This document shows, in pieces, positions 12,401 through 20,712 of a stretch of DNA of 33,870 nt. The stretch covers positions 1 through 33,870 of the forward strand of contig JAUCBJ010006852.1 in assembly GCA_032718475.1 (NCBI GenBank), in the 5' to 3' direction. Made by a program: the position numbers and the translations under genes. The DNA is from Nemertoderma westbladi. Taxonomy: Eukaryota > Animalia > Xenacoelomorpha. The notes under the pieces were generated by a model. That model did not search any database. It was not told the DNA's origin and saw nothing but the letters and a program-made list of their open reading frames with translations. Each line of letters begins with the position of its first letter. Positions within the stretch are counted from its first letter, which is position 1.

Positions 12401-15400
12401 CAAGAACTCTGGTACTGAGAGTTACTGTGATTGGTCTAAGGCCTCTGGTACTGAGAGTTACTGTGATTGGTCCAAGGCCTCTGGTACTGAGAGTTACTGT
12501 GATTGGTCTAAGGCCTCTGGTACTGAGAGTTACTGTGATTGGTCTAAGGCCTCTGGTACTGAGAGTTACTGTGATTGGTCTAAGGCCTCTGGTACTGTGA
12601 GTTACAGTACTTTGTGATTGGTCTAAGGCCTCTGGTACTGTGAGTTACAGAACATTGTGATTGGTCCAAGGACTCTGGTACTGAGAGTTACAGTACTTTG
12701 TGATTGGTCTAAGGCCTCTGGTACTGTGAGTTACAGAACATTGTGATTGGTCCAAGGACTCTGGTACTGAGAGTTACAGTACATTGTGATTGGTCCAAGG
12801 ACTCTGGTACTGAGAGTTACTGTGATTAGTCCAAGGCCTCTGGTGCTGTGAGTTACAGTACTTTGTGATTGGTCTAAGGCCTCTGGTACTGAGAGTTACT
12901 GTGATTGGTCTAAGGCCTCTGGTACTGTGAGTTACAGAACATTGTGATTGGTCCAAGGACTCTGGTACTGAGAGTTACAGTACATTGTGATTGGTCCATG
13001 GACTCTGGTACTGAGAGTTACAGTCACTGTGATTGGTCCAAGGACTCTGGTACTGAGAGTTACTGTGATTAGTCCAAGGCCTCTGGTGCTGTGAGTTACA
13101 GTACTTTGTGATTGGTCTAAGGCCTCTGGTACTGAGAGTTACTGTGATTAGTCCAAGGCCTCTGGTACTGTGAGTTACTGTGATTGGTCTAAGGCCTCTG
13201 GTACTGTGAGTTACATTCACTGTGATTGGTCCAAGGACTCTGGTACTGAGAGTTACTGTGATTAGTCCAAGGCCTCTGGTGCTGTGAGTTACAGTACTTT
13301 GTGATTGGTCTAAGGCCTCTGGTACTGAGAGTTACTGTGATTAGTCCAAGGCCTCTGGTGCTGAGAGTTACAGTACTTTGTGATTGGTCTAAGGCCTCTG
13401 GTACTGAGAGTTACTGTGATTAGTCCAAGGCCTCTGGTACTGTGAGTTACTGTGATTGGTCTAAGGCCTCTGGTACTGTGAGTTACATTCACTGTGATTG
13501 GTCCAAGGACTCTGGTACTGAGAGTTACTGTGATTAGTCCAAGGCCTCTGGTGCTGTGAGTTACAGTACTTTGTGATTGGTCTAAGGCCTCTGGTACTGA
13601 GAGTTACTGTGATTAGTCCAAGGCCTCTGGTACTGTGAGTTACTGTGATTGGTCTAAGGCCTCTGGTACTGTGAGTTACATTCACTGTGATTGGTCCAAG
13701 GACTCTGGTACTGAGAGTTACTGTGATTAGTCCAAGGCCTCTGGTGCTGTGAGTTACAGTACTTTGTGATTGGTCTAAGGCCTCTGGTACTGAGAGTTAC
13801 TGTGATTAGTCCAAGGCCTCTGGTACTGAGAGTTACATTCACTGTGATTGGTCCAAGGACTCTGGTACTGAGAGTTACTGTGATTAGTCCAAGGCCTCTG
13901 GTGCTGTGAGTTACAGTACTTTGTGATTGGTCTAAGGCCTCTGGTACTGAGAGTTACTGTGATTAGTCCAAGGCCTCTGGTACTGTGAGTTACTGTGATT
14001 GGTCTAAGGCCTCTGGTACTGTGAGTTACAGTACTTTGTGATTGGTCTAAGGCCTCTGGTACTGTGAGTTACATTCACTGTGATTGGTCTAAGGCCTCTG
14101 GTACTGAGAGTTACTGTGATTGGTCTAAGGCCTCTGGTACTGAGAGTTACTGTGATTGGTCTAAGGCCTCTGGTACTGAGAGTTACTGTGATTGGTCTAA
14201 GGCCTCTGGTACTGAGAGTTACTGTGATTGGTCTAAGGCCTCTGGTACTGAGAGTTACTGTGATTGGTCTAAGGCCTCTGGTACTGTGAGTTACAGTACT
14301 TTGTGATTGGTCTAAGGCCTCTGGTACTGTGAGTTACATTCACTGTGATTGGTCTAAGGCCTCTGGTACTGAGAGTTACAGTACATTGTGATTGGTCTAA
14401 GGCCTCTGGTACTGAGAGTTACTGTGATTGGTCCAAGGCCTCTGGTGCTGTGAGTTACAGAACATTGTGATTGGTCTAAGGCCTCTGGTACTGTGAGTTA
14501 CAGTACTTTGTGATTGGTCCAAGGACTCTGGTACTGAGAGTTACTGTGATTGGTCTAAGGCCTCTGGTACTGAGAGTTACTGTGATTGGTCCAAGGCCTC
14601 TGGTACTGAGAGTTACTGTGATTGGTCTAAGGCCTCTGGTACTGAGAGTTACTGTGATTGGTCTAAGGCCTCTGGTACTGAGAGTTACTGTGATTGGTCT
14701 AAGGCCTCTGGTACTGTGAGTTACAGTACTTTGTGATTGGTCTAAGGCCTCTGGTACTGTGAGTTACAGAACATTGTGATTGGTCCAAGGACTCTGGTAC
14801 TGAGAGTTACAGTACTTTGTGATTGGTCTAAGGCCTCTGGTACTGTGAGTTACAGAACATTGTGATTGGTCCAAGGACTCTGGTACTGAGAGTTACAGTA
14901 CATTGTGATTGGTCCAAGGACTCTGGTACTGAGAGTTACTGTGATTAGTCCAAGGCCTCTGGTGCTGTGAGTTACAGTACTTTGTGATTGGTCTAAGGCC
15001 TCTGGTACTGAGAGTTACTGTGATTGGTCTAAGGCCTCTGGTACTGTGAGTTACAGAACATTGTGATTGGTCCAAGGACTCTGGTACTGAGAGTTACAGT
15101 ACATTGTGATTGGTCCAAGGACTCTGGTACTGAGAGTTACTGTGATTAGTCCAAGGCCTCTGGTGCTGTGAGTTACAGTACTTTGTGATTGGTCTAAGGC
15201 CTCTGGTACTGAGAGTTACTGTGATTAGTCCAAGGCCTCTGGTACTGTGAGTTACAGAACATTGTGATTGGTCCAAGGCCTCTGGTACTGAGAGTTACTG
15301 TGATTAGTCCAAGGCCTCTGGTACTGAGAGTTACAGAACATTGTGATTGGTCCAAGGCCTCTGGTACTGAGAGTTACAGTACTTTGTGATTGGTCTAAGG

Positions 15401-15821
15401 CCTCTGGTACTGTGAGTTACAGAACATTGTGATTGGTCTAAGGCCTCTGGTACTGTGAGTTACAGAACATTGTGATTGGTCCAAGGACTCTGGTACTGAG
15501 AGTTACAGTACATTGTGATTGGTCCAAGGACTCTGGTACTGAGAGTTACTGTGATTAGTCCAAGGCCTCTGGTGCTGTGAGTTACAGTACTTTGTGATTG
15601 GTCCATGGCCTCTGGTACTGAGAGTTACAGTACATTGTGATTGGTCCAAGGCCTCTGGTACTGAGAGTTACAGTACATTGTGATTGGTCCATGGCCTCTG
15701 GTACTGAGAGTTACAGTACATTGTGATTGGTCCATGGCCTCTGGTACTGAGAGTTACAGTACATTGTGATTGGTCCAAGGCCTCTGGTACTGTGAGTTAC
15801 TGTGATTGGTCCAAGGCCTCT
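446..15821 (+). repeat. Satellite A: tandem array with 36-bp core TGTGATTGGTCCAAGGCCTCTGGTACTGAGAGTTAC plus optional 6-7-bp insert (units of 36/42/43 bp), roughly 380-390 copies
   Basis: Continuous head-to-tail repetition for 15.4 kb. Inserts after GTTAC: none, AGTACAT, AGTACTT, AGAACAT, AGGACAT, ATTCAC. A handful of recurrent biallelic positions occur in the core. Confidence 0.98.
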
Positions 15822-17476
15822 ATTCGCGCTTTTAGAAATTTAACAGTTTAAACTGCTAATTTATGTGTCTTATAATATCTGATAGCCCGTACTGAAGCCA
15901 GTCTAGCGCGGGGTATGACCCACCGGAGGTGGGAGACTGGATTCTATGGCAGAGCGATGTAGGCTACTTTGTATTATTCGATTGATCTCTACTATATAAT
16001 CTCCAAAAACTATGTTTATTTTCAGTAAAATACCAACAGTTCCTTTTAGGTGCTGTGCATTTATGACTTATACTAGTTACAGCGGGTGGGCATGAGATAA
16101 CGCAAATGTTTACATCTTTTAGGGGTGTATTATTAATCGTTCACACTCACACAACTGACAATAGTACTGAAACACACCAATTTGCCGACTGTCACCAATT
16201 TTACTCGCATATAAGGAGCAACTTAACTCACGTACGTTGGGGACTATGAAACAGCATAAACTCATACAAACCACTGTTATTTGAGCTAGGCAATTGTGAA
16301 TAGTATTCCCCTCCGCTTACTTCAATAATCAAGAAAACTAAGAGATCTACCGGTTATTCGTAAGTATTCTCCAACTATTAGCATTAATCAAATATGTTAC
16401 AATTCACAATATATTATAACAGCATAAACAGTATAAGGGATGTGGTGCGGCAATGTCAGCAGTCAGACGTCAGAAAGTCAGGATGTGTTGCAAGTATGAA
16501 TGGAAAATTCGCAGTGTCAATTGGAAAGTGAGTGCCAAGTGTTTAGTGTTAAGTTAATAGATTTGCGTTCTGTGATCTCTCTAGCCGCTGATGTTTCTGG
16601 GCGAAAGTCAGGAAGTGTATACACACTCACTGAATGAGTTGCAGCAATCCTTGCCTGAAATACTCAATAAGGGATGAATCACCATCGAATGTCATAGAAT
16701 CCATGGAATCAGGGAGAACTCCAATCAGGAATCAGTAACCATGCCATCCGTCCATAACCCAGGGATTCAGTAATTCAGTCTATGGCGTGACGTAGAGTGG
16801 AAAGTATACTGTGATTGGACGGTAAATATCACAGAGGCAAGGGGACAAAGATAAATACCATCCAATGGCTGGTAATTTCGTTATCTAAGCAGCTGTGTTT
16901 CTCTAAGAGTGCTCGACAAAGTTCTATACTTAGAATAAACGCTGGATGGAGTGAGTTTATGTCATTTCATAAAATATCCATGTGACGGGACCTTGGAGTT
17001 GGCAGTATAGATCCCGACCGGTGTGTGTTATACGCGTCGCCGCGTCGGTAGGCTGCTAAAGCTGTAGTCTGGATGTATATAGTAGGCCGAAGGCCGTTCA
17101 AATAACTGAGTTTTTACTGTCAGTCTTTATAATCACAGAACGTTATAATAGCACAGTCTGAATATAATAGCACGGTAGTGACGACGTCGGTTAAAACTGG
17201 TCCGGTCTCACAACTGTATAGGAAAACCAACTGAATCAGTAATCAATAACTGCAACGGTTATATTATTATTAACACATACTAAATCAGCTCTACACTACT
17301 GAGTGGCCTGAGTGTCCAATAGATGCGCTCTAATCACCCCCGATGTGCTCTCCCACCCACCATTGGCTTAACCTGATTACTTGTCACCTCGCCACTCCCT
17401 GTTGCCACTATCCCCACGTGCTAGCCTTACTAGCGTGTTTGTCCCTCTGAGGTAGTTTGACCTCTCAACTCTCAGT

Positions 17477-17531
17477 GCCGGCACAGCATTCTTAAAAATG
17501 CAGCTGCAATGCAGCATGCCGATCCTAGTAG
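17477..17531 (+). mobile_element. 55-bp extreme 3' stub of the same LINE found at 18611-19126
   Basis: GCCGGCACAGCATTCTTAAAAATGCAGCTGCAATGCAGCATGCCGATCCTAGTAG matches 19057-19111 with 3 substitutions and ends in (TAG)2. Confidence 0.8.
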
Positions 17532-17734
17532 CCTTAGTTGGTTGTGAGGTGTCATTATTATTGGTAATGTCACCTCGCCAACTATAATTTGGTAAAATGC
17601 CACTAATCCCATTTTCGGTGGGTAGTGCAGGGAATTGAATCCGCTTACAATCAAAGCTCTTAAGGGCTGTTAAGGTTCAGAGTAACCAGCGCATTGTGCA
17701 AAAACGACACATTTTTGCCGCAAAAGCTTTAACA

Positions 17735-17801
17735 GCCTCTGGTACTGAGAGTTACTGTGATTGGTCCAAGGCCTCTGGTACTGTGAGTTACAGTACATTG
17801 T
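17735..17801 (+). repeat. Satellite A patch (under 2 units)
   Basis: GCCTCTGGTACTGAGAGTTACTGTGATTGG...AGTACATTGT, same orientation as the main array. Confidence 0.95.
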
Positions 17802-17912
17802 CACACATCGTACGTTTATTTATATTTTCATATCAATAATACTGCTCTGTACATTGGACATAAGATAGATAAATTTACTAGGCCATCGAATTGTGTAGTA
17901 CCCTCCACCAAT

Positions 17913-18131
17913 AAAAAAAAACAAGCCAGTCCCACATTCCCCTACGCCCGCACCTCCAGACCTTCGGCTACCGCGCAGAGGATACCGGTTTCCCTCAGCG
18001 ATTATGTGGACCGCCGGGTCTTTGGTGTGCGGGCGCCCCTCAGACACATTAGAGCGGACCGCAGCAGGGCAAAGTTTAACTTCGTCCGCACGAGAGACAC
18101 GGTCTGCGAATAGGGAGAATCCCGCTTGACT
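17913..18131 (-). ncRNA. Candidate structured non-coding RNA (~210 nt), family unassigned
   Basis: Nested complementary segments (plus-strand coordinates): 17922-26/18124-28; 17936-44/18111-20; 17945-53/18027-35 (9 bp perfect); 17974-81/17993-18000; 18041-45/18102-06; 18054-59/18084-89. A T9 run follows the closing stem on the minus strand, and a TATA-like CATAAAT lies ~27 nt upstream. Strand is inferred from these flanking signals only. Confidence 0.5.
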
Positions 18132-18202
18132 GAGAGGAGGAGCGATATTCGATTTATGAGCGCATGCGCGCTTCTGCTAGCGCCCCCTGTGGTAGTACCA
18201 CC
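18128..18202 (-). promoter_or_regulatory. Putative promoter of the candidate ncRNA
   Basis: On the minus strand: GTGGTA-C-TACCAC inverted repeat, CCACAGGGGGCGC (CTCF-like core, 18180-18192), GCGCATGCGC (NRF1/Ewg-type palindrome, 18160-18169), CATAAAT (18152-18158) and TCAGTC (Inr-like, 18128-18133). Confidence 0.35.
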
Positions 18203-18203
18203 C

Positions 18204-18413
18204 GTTACAGTACATTGTGATTGGTCCAAGGCCTCTGGTACTGTGAGTTACAGTACATTGTGATTGGTCCAAGGCCTCTGGTACTGTAATTGGTCCAAAG
18301 CCTCTGGTACTGTGAGTTACAGTACATTGTGATTGGTCCAAGGCCTCTGGTACTGTGATTGGTCCAAAGCCTCTGGTACTGTGAGTTACAGTACATTGTG
18401 ATTGGTCCAAGGC
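18204..18413 (+). repeat. Satellite A patch, including shortened 26-bp units
   Basis: Same core. Two units lack the GAGAGTTAC end and are followed by a CCAAAGCC variant, giving a local 69-bp duplication. Confidence 0.95.
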
Positions 18414-18610
18414 GTCTTGGTCAGGTCAGGTTAGGTCAGGTATTCTAGGTCATTGATCAAGAAAACTTACCACCTCCATGCAGCATAAAGGAAGTGCCAC
18501 CTGTAGCTGCATAGACCCTCTTACTAGGGCAAATCTGGTGCTGTAACTAGGACCCCCATTGTTCTGGGATAAGGACGCCGTTGGTCCTGGATTAAGGACC
18601 CGAGTCACCG

Positions 18611-19126
18611 AGAATTAATCGGAAACTTAAGGTCCGATTATTTAGAGCAGGAGTAGTTCCAGTACTCCTCTATGGGAGTCCATGCTGGGCTCTTACTGCT
18701 GAGGACACCAAATCTCTGGATGGCACATTCACAAGAATGCTACGCCGGGTTCATTGTGTCAAGTACAATGCACACATCTCCAACCAGACACTATATAACA
18801 TTGGAGGTGTCTCATTGGTTCCCCCAAGCTTGACACTAGAACAAAATCGCCTCTGCTTTGCAGGACATTGCTTTCGTCGTGAGGACCAGCCAGTGCATAA
18901 TCTTGTACTTTGGCAGCCTCATGGAGTGAATAAGCATGGTGGACAGCCCATGACTTTCTTGAGACCCATCTTAAAGGACACTGGCCTTGAAGATGCAGAT
19001 GATCTAGCAAATGTCATGGGTGATAGGGAGTTGTGGCGGCGCAATTTTGTCGACAAGCCGGCACAGCATTCTTAAGAATACAGCTGCAATGCAGCATGCC
19101 GATACTAGTAGTAGTAGTAGTAGTAG
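18611..19126 (+). mobile_element. 5'-truncated non-LTR retrotransposon (RTE-like), ORF C-terminus plus short 3' UTR and (TAG)7 tail
   Basis: The frame is open from ~18596 to the stop at 19075: KLKVRLFRAGVVPVLLYGSPCWALT...LDGTFTRMLRR...RLCFAGHCFR...LVLWQP...DTGL...MGDRELWR. This matches the post-RT C-terminal pattern of RTE-type LINEs (P-V-L-L-Y-G..W, R-L-x-F-A-G-H, D-R-x-x-W-R). Trinucleotide tail at 19106-19126. The RT core and endonuclease are absent. Confidence 0.85.
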
Positions 19127-19470
19127 GTACTGTGAGTTACTGTGAGTGATCCAAGGCCTCTGGTACTGTGAGTTACATTCACTGTGATTGGTCCAAGGCC
19201 TCTGGTACTGTGAGTTACATTCACTGTGATTGGTCCAAGGCCTCTTGTACTGTGAGTTACATTCATTGTGATTGGTCCAAGGCCTCTGGTACTGTGAGTT
19301 ACATTCACTGTGAATGGTCCAAGGCCTCTGGTACTGTAAGCTACAGTACATTGTGATTGGTCCATGGCCTCTGGTACTGTGAGTTACAGTACATTGTGAT
19401 TGGCCCAAGGCCTCTGATACTGTGAGTTACATTCATTGCAATGGTCCAAGGCCTCTGGTACTGTGTGTTA
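19126..19470 (+). repeat. Satellite A patch (~8 units, more diverged, ATTCAC-rich)
   Basis: Same core with private substitutions (CTCTTGTAC, GTGAATGG, TGTAAGCTAC, GGCCCAAG, CTGATAC). Confidence 0.95.
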
Positions 19471-20073
19471 GTGGATCCAATTCGCTGCACCACCCAGCGG
19501 AAAATGGGGAAAGTCACGATCCAATTATAGTTGGCTATCCGATATTAGTAATATAATATCGGATACCAACACAATGGAAGCAATACACATTGCCAGCCAG
19601 AGAGCGAGATGCCACCAAACAAGCCATCTCAGGGAGAAAGCACGTAGACCGAGAACAGGAGAAATAAGGGTTTAGCAGCAGAGAAAGAGAGTAGCCAATG
19701 GCGGGGCAGTTTACCATCTAATTAATGCGCATTCATTGGCCAGGCCAAACTGTAGATAGCAATATTCCATGTGTAGTAATTATAATATAACCGTTACCCG
19801 TTAATTGTGCCTTCAGTTGGCTTTATAAAGTGTAGAAGTTGGGCAGTTTTCAACCGTCGTCACCATTACTGCTATTATTGTGCTGTATTACAGTTATACA
19901 GTTATACATATGACATTATATCAAGATCAATATTCAGCTATTAACTCATTTATTCTACCTGCCTTTGGCCTTTCAGCCCCAAAGCCTTCAGTCACAGTAC
20001 CACGCAGCGACGCGTATCAAAATCACGACAAAACCCGGTCGGCATTCCCTCGCCAACTCGGGGATCCCGTCAC

Positions 20074-20449
20074 ACTGTGAGTTACAGTACATTGTGATTG
20101 GTCCAAGGCTTCTGATACTGTGAGTTACAGTATATTGTGATTAGTCCAAGGCCTCTGGTATTGAGAGTTACAGTACATTGTGATTGGTCCAAGGCCTCTG
20201 GTAATGTGAGTTACATTCACTGTGATTAGTCCAAGGCCTCTGGTAAGGAGAGTTACAGTACATTGTGATTGGTCCAAGGCCTCTGGTACTGTGAGTTACA
20301 TTCACTGTGATTAGTCCAAGGCCTCTGGTACTGTGAGTTACATTCACTGTGATTAGTCCAAGGCCTCTGGTACTGTGCGTTACAGTACATTGTGATTGGT
20401 CCATGGCCTCTGGTACTGTGAGTTACAGTACATTGTGATTGGTCCAAGG
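20074..20449 (+). repeat. Satellite A patch (~9 units, diverged); distal edge of the family
   Basis: Same core with private substitutions (GGCTTCTGATAC, GGTAATG, GGTAAGGAG, GTGCGTTAC). Confidence 0.95.
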
Positions 20450-20456
20450 GTATGAG

Positions 20457-20480
20457 CATTAGGTCCCGCGGGACCTAATG
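20457..20480. repeat. Perfect 24-bp palindrome CATTAGGTCCCGCGGGACCTAATG
   Basis: Exact self reverse complement; extends to TGAG...CTCA with one bulge. Confidence 0.95.
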
Positions 20481-20712
20481 TCTCAGTACAATTCGGTCAC
20501 GCGAATAACGGATTTGGATTTTATAACAGATTTTTGGAAACAGGCTGACTCTGACTGTCTTACAGACTCACAAGAATCTTTCCTTTTCTGTTGCGCTGAA
20601 GTCGCAACAGAAATAGAATGCTATACAGTGAAAAGGAATGTAAAAATCAAATGAAATGAGAATGATATGAATACACCGTGATAATAGGTTGTTGCGCTGT
20701 TGCGCAACAAAG

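Noticed and set aside
364-15276. Dozens of short repetitive ORFs (MDQSQ..., CNSQYQRPWTNH..., SYCDWSKASGT...)
   Set aside because: They are translations of satellite A. Mixed 36/42/43-bp units shift frame constantly and many starts are non-ATG.
446-15821. CRISPR array (36-bp partly palindromic repeat with variable intervening sequence)
   Set aside because: The intervening pieces are 0-7 bp, drawn from about six recurring types rather than unique spacers. There are no cas genes and the context is eukaryotic.
18071-18079. 9-mer TTAAACTTT shared by the candidate RNA loop (minus strand) and satellite C, as a possible template link
   Set aside because: An AT-rich 9-mer is plausible by chance and cannot template a 41-bp unit.
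18030-18120. HDV/CPEB3-like ribozyme on the plus strand (GCCCCTCAGA...TCTGCGAAT resemblance)
   Set aside because: A P4 and J4/2 look-alike is present, but I could not find a P1 5' strand or a short P3/L3 with P1.1.
17913-18131. Assignment of the candidate RNA to RNase P/MRP, SRP, 7SK, U3 or telomerase RNA
   Set aside because: By eye there is no GAAAGUCCCC/CR-V pair, SRP helix-8 motif, paired GAUC motifs, C/D box set, or CCCUAA/CCUAA template. Left unassigned pending a covariance-model search.
19471-19500. tRNA-derived SINE head on the minus strand (GGTGGTGCAGCG, A-box-like)
   Set aside because: No B box follows; the sequence runs straight into satellite.
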